Of a stretch of DNA of 59,986 bases, positions 1 to 11,041 are shown piece by piece. The notes beneath the pieces were generated by a model. It was not told where the DNA came from, ran no database searches, and saw only the letters and a program-made list of their open reading frames with translations. This DNA is from a virus (Duplodnaviria; Caudoviricetes). Both the position numbers and the translations under genes were made by a program. Location of the stretch: IMG/VR virus record IMGVR_UViG_3300020474_000013, positions 1 to 59,986 of that record; one strand, given 5' to 3'. The first letter of the stretch is position 1. The number at the start of each line of letters is the position of its first letter.

Positions 1-77
1 ACGCTTCTATGATAAGCAATAGCATCTACTGGATTAGTAAATACTACTAATCCTGGAGTTTCTATTTCTGTATCTGG
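1..77. repeat. 77-bp terminal direct repeat (identical to 59910-59986); circular-assembly overlap
   Basis: acgcttctatgataagc...gtatctgg occurs at both ends, and a minus-strand reading frame continues through the join. Confidence 0.97.
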
Positions 78-3000
78 ATTATAAAAAAATTGTGAATCAT
101 CAACAGCAAAACCTTCTTTTAAAATTCTATTAGCATCTTCTTTTTTAGCAACATAATAATATTGTTCATCCCACTTTCTTTTACTATCTCTTCTACCTCT
201 ACTAAATAAAGGTAAATCTAAACCAGGAACTGCATCTATAAAACCTAATTCTTTTAAGTTTTGATATTCAGGTAAAAGATTGTCGTAATATTGTTCTCTT
301 TGATTTCTAGGTACACTTTGTATTTGTTTTATTGAAGATATAGCTGATGCTAAATTATCTGCTTTTAGTTTTGCTCTTGCTTCTAAACCATCTGGTAAAG
401 TAGCTATTGCTAAAGCATTGTCCATGTTTGCATCATCTATAATAGATGTTTCTTCTTTTATTTTTATTCTTCCAACATTTCTTCTAAATTGTGGTAATAA
501 ACTTGTAATACCTAAATCTTTTAAACTTTTAGCAGAATATATTTCTTCTTGTGTTCTTAATTTTTTTGAAGAAGGTTCAAACATAATAATAACAGGTGCA
601 TCAATAGCTCCATCTTTTTGTCCTAAAGCTAATCTGTGTCTGCCTTCATGTCCAATAATTCTACCTGAATCATCAATAGACAAATAAGGATATGCACCTA
701 CATACCTCATCATTCTTCTAGGCTGTCTATTAAATACTTCAGGTTTAAAAGAAACATTAATTTGTTGACCATCTACTACTTCTGCATCAGTATCAACTAA
801 ATCTCCTAAAGGGTCAGTTGCTAAAATACCTCTATTAGGACCTAATGTTCCAAATATATCATCACGACTTTGTAATCTAACTGCATCTTTAATGCTTTCT
901 ATATTTTCTGTACTGTCTGTAGTAGCTATTAAAAAATCTTCTATAGGCATCCTTGTAACAAAAGGTATAATTGGTTGTTCATCAGTTCTTGTTTCATTTC
1001 TTGCCCAATCTTTTGTATATTCTAAATTTTCTCTAGTTAAATCTAAATACGCAGGTGAATCTTTAATAGCTGCTCTACTAAATGTAGGTAAATCTCCAGC
1101 TCTTAACTCAGCTATTTTATTCTTTTGATTTTGTATTTCTTTTTTTAATCTATTAGCAGTAGATACTGCCATCTTTTCGCTATTTAATTGTGCTTCTTTA
1201 AACTCTATACCTGCTTCTAAATTAGATATTGTTCTTTTTCTTTTTTCATTAGCAAAGTAGGCATCATCTGATTCTCTACTAAAAGTAGGTATATCTGTAT
1301 CTTCTCCAAAATACGCTCTGTCAATAAATTCTTTTGCTTCTTTTAAAGAATTTGTACTATCTTGATAAAATCCAGTTTGCAATGTTGCATCTTTTGCAGA
1401 CATACCTTCTTCTAATTTACCAAATGACCATTCTCTATTAGGTAAACCATAATTTGTTCCTACATCTTCAATAGCAAAACCTCTATATTCATAAAGACCA
1501 GGTGCTACTTTTTTAGCTGTTTTAGATTTATATGCTCTACTAAAGGTAGGTATATCCTCTACAGCTTTTATTCTTGGGAAATAACCCCATCGTGCCCAAC
1601 CACCATTACCATCCCAGCGAACATCTGCTGCTCTTAATTTAAAAGTATGTACCTTTGATGGAGTTCTATCAAGAAAAGGTCCTCCAATATCAAAAGCTTT
1701 GTCCATTTGGTTATATAGTTTTTCTTGTTGTAAATCTACTGCACCTGTTTTATCTATTTGTTCTTGCCTTCTTCTAGCTCTATCTGCTTCTCTCATTTCT
1801 TCTCTTGTAACTTTAGAATCTTCTACAAGAGCATTAGCTTCACTTAAAAACGGAGTTATTAAATCTCCTTCTCTTAAATCTCTTTGTGGTGCAGCTTGAT
1901 ACATAGTTATTTCTGCATTTGGATTGCCTTTTATTTCCATAAGTTTATTTATAAACTCACGCTCTTCTTGTATTTCTTGTTGTGTTCTAGCTGTGCTATA
2001 TACTTCAAATTCTTTTCTAGCTTCTTGTATTTCTTTAGTAGTTGATTCTGTAGTTGGAGTTTTAGGATATCTAAAACCATAACTTTGTGGATAATAACCA
2101 TCTTTTGTTTTTTCATCACTAACTATAATATCTAGTTGATGTGCAGGTGGACCATACTGTGCAGGTACATAATCAGCTAAATGACCAGATGTTTCATCTC
2201 TCGGTCCTCTAGCAAATGTAGGTGTATCTACGGGTGTTCTTGTATCTCCTAGTCTAGTAGTTCTTACAACACCTCTTTCTCTTCTACCAATTTTGCCTGA
2301 CTCAATATCATTAAATATTTCTGTAGCACTTTTATATCCTGAGCTACGCATAGCTTGACCCATAGATTTAAAGAACTCAACAATCTTATTAAAGATACCT
2401 TCTACTTTAGGAGGATTATTAACCAGTAAATTTCTATTTCTAAATAACTCAGCTATAGCTTCTTCGGTATAAAATTCTTCTGCAAAAGTCTCAGTAACAA
2501 ATCTATCTTCTAATGTTTTTTTATTTATTCTTACAGCTCTTGTATAAAAAGTTTCATTTGTTTTAGGAAATTTAGTTTTCTTTACAACATTTGTTAAATA
2601 TTTATATTCTTTATCTGTAATTAAATCTTTTTTACGAAGAGCATGAATCATCTCATGGTCTAATACTTTATTAAGTCTTTCTTGTATTTCTACATCAGTA
2701 GCACTACCATCAGGATTTACTGCATTAAGAGATAAGAAAATAGTATCTGTATTTTTATCATATTCTCCTTCTACAGCACCTTCTGTTTCTGTTGCTCTTA
2801 CTTTACTTGGGTCAAATTTTATTTTGCCATCAACATCTACTAATGTTGTAGTAGAAAGTATGTCATCACTTATAACAATGCCAGTTTCTTTGAGACCTCT
2901 AGCATCCATTGTTTTTCTTATTTCTTGTGCAAATTTACTAGTCTTACCTTGTTCTAAACTTTCTGCATAATTAATAGTTTTAGGTATTACTTCTGCAGGT

Positions 3001-5075
3001 GGTAGTAATCTTTCTTGTTTTACTGTTTCTTGTTGTACTAATTCTGCAATAGATTCTGGAGGTAACTTACCTTCTGCAGTAAGTCTTGCACCAAACTCTT
3101 CTGGTGTTTCATTAAAACCTTCTGCTCTTCTAGCTATATCAAACTCAAAGTTATCTCTAATCTTATAGTTATTAGTACCTTCTATTTTTTCTGCTCTATT
3201 GCTATAAATTAAATCATTAAGAAATTGTTCATTTTTACCTATTTGTTTTAAAGATTGTTTATTAAAAGTCATATTATTGCTTTTCATTTCAGCAACAAAA
3301 TCTGCCATATCTTGTGCAGAATAATCTCTTGGTCTAAAGTCTGGGAAAGTTGTTCTTGAATTGAACTTAGGAAGTGAATGAATTTTAGCCAAAAATAATT
3401 CTTTTTGACCTGTATTCATTTTTTTAAACTCAGGTGTACCTGTATATTTTTCTGCTGCATATTGAACAGCAGGTGATTTAGTATCTAAGTCTATATTTTT
3501 TGATGCAGCTATTTCTTTAATATATGAAATAGTTGTATTAGGTTTTTGTTTATCAGCAACAATAGAAGGTTCGCCTTTTTTTTCAGATGCTCTAAATACT
3601 GTTTGTGCGTAATTAGATGCAAATTCATTAAACTGTTTAGGCGTTAATAATTGTTTAACATTTGTCATAGGTTTTCTAGGATAACTACGAGAAGTTTTGC
3701 CTGGATTTTGTGCAACAAAACTATTTACTAAACCTCTAAGTATTACTTCTTGTTTAGAATCTTTAGGCACACTATTTATTAACTGGTGTATTCTTACATC
3801 AGAAGCTTTACTATCAGATATACTTAAACCAATATCATAAGCAGTAGAACTATTAACCAGTCCTAGATTATAAATATCATTATCTAATTTAGATTTTAAC
3901 TTTTTAACATCAAAATCTTTTGTTATTTTTTCTCTAACAGCAATAGCTTCAGCTTCTGTATTTTTTAAATCTATTTGATTTGGAGTTTCAGGATTTGATA
4001 TATCAACAACAGCAAATTGTTCTTGTGGTGTCATAACAACTTCTATTTCTGGTTCTGCTGCTAATTCTGCTGGCGTATCTACTTCTGGAACTGTAACCAA
4101 AGGTATGTCTTGTACTTCTTCAAGAGTTCCTTGTTCTATTGCAAGTTCTGATTTTTTTTGATTTAGTATTTTATTTTTAGTTTCTTCTGCTCTTAAATCA
4201 TCTTCTTGGGCATACTTTTGTGCAACAGATTTTTTACCTGCCATACTAGATACAACTAAATCAGCAGCACCACCAATAATACCGCCAATAGTAAACTCTT
4301 CAAACATACTATCTGCTATAGGTAAGTCCTCACTATAAAGACCTCTAGCTGTTAAATCTTGTAATATACTTGCAGCTACTTCTTGTCCACCCTCAGCAGC
4401 TCCTGATTGTAATGCTGATACTAATTTTTCTTTAGTAGATAATGGTGCGTTTTTGTGAACTTTGCCTAATATATTAGCAATAGGTAATACTTCAGTTATA
4501 CCTATAAGACCACCAAATAATTCAGCAGTAGTCTCAGTTAGACCACTTACATCTTCACCCATATCTCTAGCCATCTGTAGTCTATCGCCTTGTGCTGCTA
4601 TACCTGTTGGTATTGCTAAAGCTGTTGGTGCTGTAAATGTTGGTGATAGTATGCCCTTAGCTGCTCCTGGTGCTTTAGCTAGTGCTCTACCTACCATACC
4701 TGCACCTAAGAATGGTCCGAATGAACCTATGCCTTCTCCTAGTTTTGTAGAAAACTTATCAGCATATGCAGGGTCTCCTGCTAATATAGAATCTTCTCTT
4801 AGTCTATCTTGTAGTCCTTCAAGACCTTTATATAAGTTACTGTCGTTGCCAATATCAAATAAACCAACAATACCTGTAGGCACATCTAAAGCTAATCCAG
4901 CAGCACCTCTTGGTATTGATTTTATAAATTCGCCTACTTGTCCTAATGCAGATGTTTGGTCTAAATCTTCACCATATCTTTCTTTAACAGCAGCAACAAA
5001 TTGAGCTCTTTCATTTGGGTCTGATGGAATAATAAACTTATCTCCGCTTCCATCTGGTGCTTTATATATTGCCAT
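1..5075 (-). CDS. N-terminal part of a ~2855-aa polyvalent/ejection protein (zincin metallopeptidase, ART-like and ParB-like modules); continues across the origin into 59909..56417
   Basis: ATG at 5075 (MAIYKAPDGSGDKF). 5075+3493 = 8568 nt = 2856 codons, in frame with the 56417..59803 ORF. HEMIH at 2643-2657, EEAIAE near 2450, GHEGRHR at 633-653. Frame spot-checked; absence from the ORF track fits no stop inside the window. Confidence 0.88.
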   Translation of the reverse strand, partial: MAIYKAPDGSGDKFIIPSDPNERAQFVAAVKERYGEDLDQTSALGQVGEFIKSIPRGAAGLALDVPTGIVGLFDIGNDSNLYKGLEGLQDRLREDSILAGDPAYADKFSTKLGEGIGSFGPFLGAGMVGRALAKAPGAAKGILSPTFTAPTALAIPTGIAAQGDRLQMARDMGEDVSGLTETTAELFGGLIGITEVLPIANILGKVHKNAPLSTKEKLVSALQSGAAEGGQEVAASILQDLTARGLYSEDLPIADSMFEEFTIGGIIGGAADLVVSSMAGKKSVAQKYAQEDDLRAEETKNKILNQKKSELAIEQGTLEEVQDIPLVTVPEVDTPAELAAEPEIEVVMTPQEQFAVVDISNPETPNQIDLKNTEAEAIAVREKITKDFDVKKLKSKLDNDIYNLGLVNSSTAYDIGLSISDSKASDVRIHQLINSVPKDSKQEVILRGLVNSFVAQNPGKTSRSYPRKPMTNVKQLLTPKQFNEFASNYAQTVFRASEKKGEPSIVADKQKPNTTISYIKEIAASKNIDLDTKSPAVQYAAEKYTGTPEFKKMNTGQKELFLAKIHSLPKFNSRTTFPDFRPRDYSAQDMADFVAEMKSNNMTFNKQSLKQIGKNEQFLNDLIYSNRAEKIEGTNNYKIRDNFEFDIARRAEGFNETPEEFGARLTAEGKLPPESIAELVQQETVKQERLLPPAEVIPKTINYAESLEQGKTSKFAQEIRKTMDARGLKETGIVISDDILSTTTLVDVDGKIKFDPSKVRATETEGAVEGEYDKNTDTIFLSLNAVNPDGSATDVEIQERLNKVLDHEMIHALRKKDLITDKEYKYLTNVVKKTKFPKTNETFYTRAVRINKKTLEDRFVTETFAEEFYTEEAIAELFRNRNLLVNNPPKVEGIFNKIVEFFKSMGQAMRSSGYKSATEIFNDIESGKIGRRERGVVRTTRLGDTRTPVDTPTFARGPRDETSGHLADYVPAQYGPPAHQLDIIVSDEKTKDGYYPQSYGFRYPKTPTTESTTKEIQEARKEFEVYSTARTQQEIQEEREFINKLMEIKGNPNAEITMYQAAPQRDLREGDLITPFLSEANALVEDSKVTREEMREADRARRRQEQIDKTGAVDLQQEKLYNQMDKAFDIGGPFLDRTPSKVHTFKLRAADVRWDGNGGWARWGYFPRIKAVEDIPTFSRAYKSKTAKKVAPGLYEYRGFAIEDVGTNYGLPNREWSFGKLEEGMSAKDATLQTGFYQDSTNSLKEAKEFIDRAYFGEDTDIPTFSRESDDAYFANEKRKRTISNLEAGIEFKEAQLNSEKMAVSTANRLKKEIQNQKNKIAELRAGDLPTFSRAAIKDSPAYLDLTRENLEYTKDWARNETRTDEQPIIPFVTRMPIEDFLIATTDSTENIESIKDAVRLQSRDDIFGTLGPNRGILATDPLGDLVDTDAEVVDGQQINVSFKPEVFNRQPRRMMRYVGAYPYLSIDDSGRIIGHEGRHRLALGQKDGAIDAPVIIMFEPSSKKLRTQEEIYSAKSLKDLGITSLLPQFRRNVGRIKIKEETSIIDDANMDNALAIATLPDGLEARAKLKADNLASAISSIKQIQSVPRNQREQYYDNLLPEYQNLKELGFIDAVPGLDLPLFSRGRRDSKRKWDEQYYYVAKKEDANRILKEGFAVDDSQFFYNPDTEIETPGLVVFTNPVDAIAYHRS

Positions 5076-5081
5076 AATTTA

Positions 5082-6485
5082 TTATGCAGGTATTTTAGTT
5101 TTTTTAAATATATCCATATCTTTTTGTACTAATCCAGTTTTTTCTAAATTTTGTAGTAAACTAATTTGTAAACTAATTTGTTCTAACATTTCTGAACCTT
5201 TAGTTCTATCTAAAGTACCTTCTGTAATAGCATCATTTACAAGTCCAAATGTTGTTTGTAATTCTTTTAAATCCATACCAGCTATATTAGTTTCAATATT
5301 TTTAATTTGTGCTTCTAATAGTCTACCCTGTAAACCTTTAAATTCTGAAGCTTGTTCTGCTGATTTAACTCCAAAATAAGCATCAGATATACCGCTACTT
5401 AATTCTCCTAGATTTCTAGCAGAACCTATAGCACCACCAAGACCTATTAACATATCTGCTTGACGAGATTCTTTAGCTTTTGCAAGTCTTTGATTTTCTA
5501 TTTCTTCTGCTGCTTGTTGTCTTGCTGCTATATCTGCTTCTCTTTTTGCAGCAGCTTCTGCTGCTAATCTAGCTGCTTTTTCTTCTGCTGTTTCTGTTTC
5601 TGTTGTTTTTATTTTATCAGGTAATAATTGAGGAATTATAATTCCAGCTCCAATAGCTCTTGGAGTTACATCTTTTACAACTTCTAATCCCATATCTCTA
5701 AATTTACTTGCAGGTACTGGTAGATTGCTTGTAGATTGTGGTGAAGCTATTGGATTGTTAAATCTTTTACCTTCTGTAATTCTTGATTTTAATCTTCCTA
5801 AAGAAGATAAACCTTTATCTATAGTTTGTTTAGGATTTCTTACAAGATTAAATAATCCTTTACCAGCACCAGCAATACCTCTTAAAGCACCACCTACAAC
5901 AGTTGTTGTTGGTTCTGGAGCTAATATCATTGCTAATGTTGCAGTATTAAAACCATCTAGTGCTGCTCTTCCAAAATCAATGCTTCCATCTGGTTTTGTA
6001 TATCTTTTTTTAAGAAAACCTTTTTGTTCTTCTGTTATTTGTTCTTGCATTGGATTATTAAGTGTTGATTCTATGCCGCCACCTATTCCTGCACTTTGTA
6101 GAAATTGATTTTTTAACATTTCTTGTTCAGTCATACCACCTGCTTGATAGCCTGTTAATCCACCACTAGCAGCAGTCATTAAAGGAGAGGGCGGAGCCAT
6201 GTTACCCATTTCACCCGATTGGAAAGCATTTGGTGTATCAGATGATTGAGCCATAGCTCCTAAACCAGATGGACTTCCTGCAAATTCTGCTACTAATTCA
6301 TCAGATACTGTTGTATCTGGTTTAGGCTGTTGTGCAGCATACATTTTTTCCATTTGTGTTCTTCGTTGTATTTCAGATAATACTAAATAAGAAGGATAAG
6401 TAGAGTTAGGGTCTTGCGACATTTGTATTAACTGTTCTTTTGGAACAAACTCTAATTCATTTGATAGTTCTACTAAATTTGCCAT
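5082..6485 (-). CDS. Internal virion (ejection) protein
   Basis: 467 aa, A/G/Q-rich with coiled-coil stretches; lies among the ejection genes; ASGG/QAGG motifs. Confidence 0.6.
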   Translation of the reverse strand: MANLVELSNELEFVPKEQLIQMSQDPNSTYPSYLVLSEIQRRTQMEKMYAAQQPKPDTTVSDELVAEFAGSPSGLGAMAQSSDTPNAFQSGEMGNMAPPSPLMTAASGGLTGYQAGGMTEQEMLKNQFLQSAGIGGGIESTLNNPMQEQITEEQKGFLKKRYTKPDGSIDFGRAALDGFNTATLAMILAPEPTTTVVGGALRGIAGAGKGLFNLVRNPKQTIDKGLSSLGRLKSRITEGKRFNNPIASPQSTSNLPVPASKFRDMGLEVVKDVTPRAIGAGIIIPQLLPDKIKTTETETAEEKAARLAAEAAAKREADIAARQQAAEEIENQRLAKAKESRQADMLIGLGGAIGSARNLGELSSGISDAYFGVKSAEQASEFKGLQGRLLEAQIKNIETNIAGMDLKELQTTFGLVNDAITEGTLDRTKGSEMLEQISLQISLLQNLEKTGLVQKDMDIFKKTKIPA

Positions 6486-8158
6486 TAACTCATTCCTTTA
6501 TATAAACCCAGTCCTTGTAATCCCATGCCTAAAGCTGATTGGAATAATCCTGGTTGTTGTTGAAAAGTGCTTACTTGTTGATTAGGTTGTACAGGCACAC
6601 CTCTTAATAATCCACCTAAGAATCCTAATTGTTGTTGACCAAATCCTTGTTGTCTTAAAAAGTCTTGATAGCCCATATCCATAGATGCTTGTTGCATTGC
6701 TCTTTGCTGTGAACCTATACCTTGTAATGCTGCTATTCTTTGTCTTACATCATCTTGTATATCTCCACCAACACCTCTAAGAGCATCTACAGATGCCAAA
6801 CCATATCGTTGAGACATATCATAAGCTGATTGACCAAATTTTTCTTGTGCTTGTCTAGCAGCTTCTTGGGCTTTAAATCTTTCAATATCTTGTCTACCTT
6901 GTTCTTGAAATGATTTTTCAGTCATAGCATATGCACTTTGCATATATTTTTCTTGTGCTTGTCTTGCTGCTTCATTTTGTTGTGCTGCTGTTAATCCTAA
7001 CTTAGCTGCTGCTTGTTTTGCAGCTTCACCTGCTTGGTATCTTTTTAAATCTATTTCTGCTTGTTTCTGATATGAGCCTTCTGTTAATTGGAATCCGCTT
7101 TGTGCAAACTTTTCTTGTGCTTGACGAGAAGATTCTGTTTGAGCAAATGCAGACTGTCTATATTGTTCTTGGGCTTGTCTGGCTGCTTGATTTTGTTGTC
7201 TAGCAGTCATACCCATTTCTGCTGCTCTTTGTCTAGCTTGTTCACTAACTTGAAAAGCTTGTTGTTGCATTTGTTCTTCTGCTTGTCTTGCTTGTTCACT
7301 AGCAGTAAATTGTTGCAGACCAAATCTTGAAGCATCTAATCCTGTTGCTCTTTCTGCTGCAAGTTGTGCTTGTGCTGATTGAAAACCTGCTTGACTACCT
7401 TTTGCTTGAATATCATCAAGTTGTTGACCTAAATTACGCTCTCTTTCTGCTTGTAAAATAGCTTCACGATAACCACCTAAACCACCAGACATAGCTGCTG
7501 CATCAGCAGTTTTATCGCCCATCATTTCTGATTGTCTTGTTGCTTCTCTTTTTTGTATATCAGTTACAGCTTGTTGATATGGAGACATAAATCTATTTAT
7601 GTTTTCTTCATATCCTAATGGTGTATAAGCTGGACCTACTTGTCCTGCTTGATATTGAGATGCTCTAGCAAATGGATTGTAAGTAGAAAAATTATCTTGT
7701 GCTCTATATCCAGATTGTAATCCTTGTGCTTGAAAACCTGGTTGATATGATTGTGCATCATAAGCTTCTCTTTGTTGTCCTGCTTGATAATTAGAACCTA
7801 CTAAACCAGCTTGATAACCAGAACCATATCCTTGTGCATCATATGTATTGCCTAAGTAATCAGCTTGATAACCAGAACCATATGGTCCACCTAACATAGC
7901 AGCTCTTTGTGAAGCTAATTGATATTCTGGTGGAGTTCCTGCTTGTGCATAACCTCTAGTCATGCCTTGACTAGCTAATTCATCAGGAGAAAAATACGCT
8001 ATTCTTTCTCCACCATATGGAGTGTATGGTTGATTAGATTCTGCTTCTCCTCTTTTTAGGAGTCGCTCAAAATATGGTTGTACATATTCTGGTAAATCTG
8101 TATTTACTACTTTTGTTTCTGTTGGTGCTGATGAACCGCCGCCTTTAAAATATCTCAT
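6485..8158 (-). CDS. Internal virion/DNA-pilot-like protein with Q/A-rich repeats
   Basis: 557 aa; N-terminal KGGGSS-P, repeated YQA/ARQAQE units, C-terminal amphipathic GL-rich helix. Confidence 0.65.
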   Translation of the reverse strand: MRYFKGGGSSAPTETKVVNTDLPEYVQPYFERLLKRGEAESNQPYTPYGGERIAYFSPDELASQGMTRGYAQAGTPPEYQLASQRAAMLGGPYGSGYQADYLGNTYDAQGYGSGYQAGLVGSNYQAGQQREAYDAQSYQPGFQAQGLQSGYRAQDNFSTYNPFARASQYQAGQVGPAYTPLGYEENINRFMSPYQQAVTDIQKREATRQSEMMGDKTADAAAMSGGLGGYREAILQAERERNLGQQLDDIQAKGSQAGFQSAQAQLAAERATGLDASRFGLQQFTASEQARQAEEQMQQQAFQVSEQARQRAAEMGMTARQQNQAARQAQEQYRQSAFAQTESSRQAQEKFAQSGFQLTEGSYQKQAEIDLKRYQAGEAAKQAAAKLGLTAAQQNEAARQAQEKYMQSAYAMTEKSFQEQGRQDIERFKAQEAARQAQEKFGQSAYDMSQRYGLASVDALRGVGGDIQDDVRQRIAALQGIGSQQRAMQQASMDMGYQDFLRQQGFGQQQLGFLGGLLRGVPVQPNQQVSTFQQQPGLFQSALGMGLQGLGLYKGMS

Positions 8159-8637
8159 TATTCATTGTCCTCAAATTCATATTCAAAGAATACTGCTGTT
8201 TTTTTCCAATCTTCTCTAGCTTTAATCCAGTTCCAAAATCCTTCTCTGCCAACTCCTTCTATGCCTTTACAGTCATTAGCTTTAGCCCATTTATATATAA
8301 CTTTAAGACCTCTATCAGCCCAATTATTCATTTTCTTACCAGTTACATGGTCAATGTTTAACATTCTTTTACCAGTAGGATATTGATTTATTTTTGTAAT
8401 AGCACATCCAACAATGTCTAAACTACCTTTATCAAAAATAATCCATAATGAAGCTCTGTTATTAAGGCAATCATAAAATACATCTTTAGGTGTACTTCTA
8501 CCATTAGAGCGTTTACAAGATTTTTCTAGAAATTTTTCACATTGTTCCCATACAAGAGTCATCTTATCGCTAGGCATTAACGATATTTCAAAACCTTCTT
8601 CTGCTTCTACTTCTATTTTTTCTGCTACTTGATTCAT
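8158..8637 (-). CDS. Conserved phage protein, possibly GNAT-like fold
   Basis: 159 aa; AKANDCKGIEGVGREGF motif typical of podovirus genes that precede ejection proteins. Confidence 0.45.
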   Translation of the reverse strand: MNQVAEKIEVEAEEGFEISLMPSDKMTLVWEQCEKFLEKSCKRSNGRSTPKDVFYDCLNNRASLWIIFDKGSLDIVGCAITKINQYPTGKRMLNIDHVTGKKMNNWADRGLKVIYKWAKANDCKGIEGVGREGFWNWIKAREDWKKTAVFFEYEFEDNE

Positions 8638-11039
8638 GCTGGCATTACCTTTTGTGGATTTAATGGTGGAGCTTGTGTTTTACCACCAGTTTTTGCTTGT
8701 CTTACTCTATCTAACATACCATCTAATTGTTTAGAACCTGCATCAGAACTACCATCACCTAACATAGATACAACATCTGCTGGAATAATATATTCATCTT
8801 GTGATACAGCAGCTATTGCTTTATTACCTATATTCATAGGTAAATCATCTGCCATACCGCTATTGCCATTGCCTTCTATTAATCCTTCTGTTTGTACATC
8901 TGGATTACCTGCAGCTTGTTTTAATACCATATCTCTTAACATCATAAGTTGTTCTTGACCATACTTAATAATAAACTCATTTATAATTTCATTATTATCT
9001 GTTTCACCAAGAATAAACTGTATAACTTCTTGCACTATAGGGTCTTGCATCATCATATCTGTTGATTGACCAGTAGGCATAGGAATATTTATATCTTGAC
9101 CTTCTTGATAACCCATTGCTTCTACAACTTTTTTACCTTTTTCTGTTTTAGCTAAAGCTTTTAATCCTTCATTAGGTAATTCTTTATTAGTATCTCCACC
9201 TTCTGCAAACATAGGTGCTCCAAAAATACCACCACCTGGTCCGCCTATAGACATAGGTGGTTGCTCAGGAAATTTTTGCATAGGTGTATTAGCTGGTGCT
9301 GCTGGTGTAGGTGATGTATTGTAGGGAATATTTTTACCTATAGACATTTCATCACGCATAGCATCTCTATTCTCCAAACCTCTAATCATAGGAGGAGTTA
9401 TTGGAGTTTTTATTTTACTAAAATCAGGTATTGTTACATCTGCTCCACCTTCAATAGGTATTCTTATTGTAGGAGGAGGTGTATTTATAAGTCCTCCAAT
9501 AGGTTGAGAAGGCATAAATTCACTTGGAGGTAATATAGGTTTAGGTCTATCTCTATAAAAATCTATAGGTCTAGGCATAGGCATATCTATAGGTCCAGGA
9601 GTAACGAAATTATCTGGTGGACTTATAGGTTCTATATTTCTAATTGTACCTTTACGACCTATGTCAGGTGGAACTATAGGTCCATCTGGTGGTGGTACAT
9701 CTGGTGGTGGTGGAGGTGGTGGAGGTGGTGGCGGTGGTGGTGGTGGTGGAACAGGTCGTGTAAAGTATGGTTGTATAGGCTGTTGTGTAAATCTTGCATA
9801 TGGATTAATCATGCTACTCATTTGAGGATTACTATAAAAACTTCTATAACTTGGTGCTTGCATAAAAGGATTGCCATAACCACCAAATGTTGGAGGCGGC
9901 ATGAATCTACTTGGAGGTGATAATGGTTGTAATCTTTGTGGTCTAAATCCTCTATAATTTTGAGAGGGCATAGAATAATTTTGAGAAGGTATAGAATAAC
10001 TATATGATTCCATTTGTGGATTACTACTATCTTCTATATCTCCAGCATATCTTGTTAAATAACTTTTTGGGTCATTTCCTTTAAAGTATCTGTTTTCAGG
10101 AGAAAAACCTGCCATAAATCCAGGTGTAATTCGTCTAGTTTGTCTAGTAGTAGTTGGGTAACTATTTTGCATTGGATTATAATTCATATTCATTATTGGG
10201 TCATAGTTTGAATAAATATTACGACCTCCTTGATAACCTGTTGTACCACCATCTGCAAAATTAGTGCTACCGCCTGTAGCTATTGGTATTTGCTCAGGGT
10301 ATCTTTCATACATTAATCTTTTGCGTTCTTCTTCATCTATATCCATTTGTCTTAACATTGCTTCAAATTCATCTTGTGATTGCATTACAGCTCCAGTACC
10401 TGCTGTAGTTGCTGCTAACATACCAGTAGGAGTCATTGCTGCACTTCCTAATGATTTTATACCTTCATCTAATCCAGGACTAAATATTTTTTGTAAAGAT
10501 GCTCCTGGTCCACCTACAGTTTGTCTTACTGCTTGTTCTGCAGCTTGTTGACCAGCTAAAGTTGTAGGTGGTGTTTGTGCAAAACTTGTAGGTGGTGTTA
10601 CAGGTCCAACAAAACTTGGGTCAACAGGTGTACCTATACCTGCTGTAACTTGTGCATCAGCTATAGCTGTATCTAAACCTGGATTTGCTACACCTTCTAA
10701 AGCTTTTGTACCTAATCCTGCTGTAAGACCTGATAGTAATGCTTTACTTCCAGAACCACCTGTTTGTGCATATGTAGCTAAACCTGCTCCTATACCTGCC
10801 ATAGCTCCTGCTGATAATCCACCAATGCCTAATGCAGCAAAAGCACTAGGTGCTAATAAACTACCTAACATAGGTGCTAAGAAAGGTAAGAAAGCTTCTG
10901 GCTGTCCTGTATCTGGATTTATTGTTATAGGCATAGCAGATGCTAATCCTTTAACTTCTGCAGGATTTACATGAAGTAACATAGAATCGCCAAAACGACC
11001 TTGTGCTGCTACATTTTTGGTTTGTTGTTTTATATCCAT
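8634..11039 (-). CDS. Internal virion protein with a Pro-rich low-complexity centre
   Basis: 801 aa; N-terminal GRFGDSMLLHVNPAEV...INPDTGQPEAF, a 16-Pro run, C-terminal G-GxGMADD...SQDEYIIPADVVS motif. Confidence 0.65.
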   Translation of the reverse strand: MDIKQQTKNVAAQGRFGDSMLLHVNPAEVKGLASAMPITINPDTGQPEAFLPFLAPMLGSLLAPSAFAALGIGGLSAGAMAGIGAGLATYAQTGGSGSKALLSGLTAGLGTKALEGVANPGLDTAIADAQVTAGIGTPVDPSFVGPVTPPTSFAQTPPTTLAGQQAAEQAVRQTVGGPGASLQKIFSPGLDEGIKSLGSAAMTPTGMLAATTAGTGAVMQSQDEFEAMLRQMDIDEEERKRLMYERYPEQIPIATGGSTNFADGGTTGYQGGRNIYSNYDPIMNMNYNPMQNSYPTTTRQTRRITPGFMAGFSPENRYFKGNDPKSYLTRYAGDIEDSSNPQMESYSYSIPSQNYSMPSQNYRGFRPQRLQPLSPPSRFMPPPTFGGYGNPFMQAPSYRSFYSNPQMSSMINPYARFTQQPIQPYFTRPVPPPPPPPPPPPPPPPPDVPPPDGPIVPPDIGRKGTIRNIEPISPPDNFVTPGPIDMPMPRPIDFYRDRPKPILPPSEFMPSQPIGGLINTPPPTIRIPIEGGADVTIPDFSKIKTPITPPMIRGLENRDAMRDEMSIGKNIPYNTSPTPAAPANTPMQKFPEQPPMSIGGPGGGIFGAPMFAEGGDTNKELPNEGLKALAKTEKGKKVVEAMGYQEGQDINIPMPTGQSTDMMMQDPIVQEVIQFILGETDNNEIINEFIIKYGQEQLMMLRDMVLKQAAGNPDVQTEGLIEGNGNSGMADDLPMNIGNKAIAAVSQDEYIIPADVVSMLGDGSSDAGSKQLDGMLDRVRQAKTGGKTQAPPLNPQKVMPA

Positions 11040-11041
11040 AT

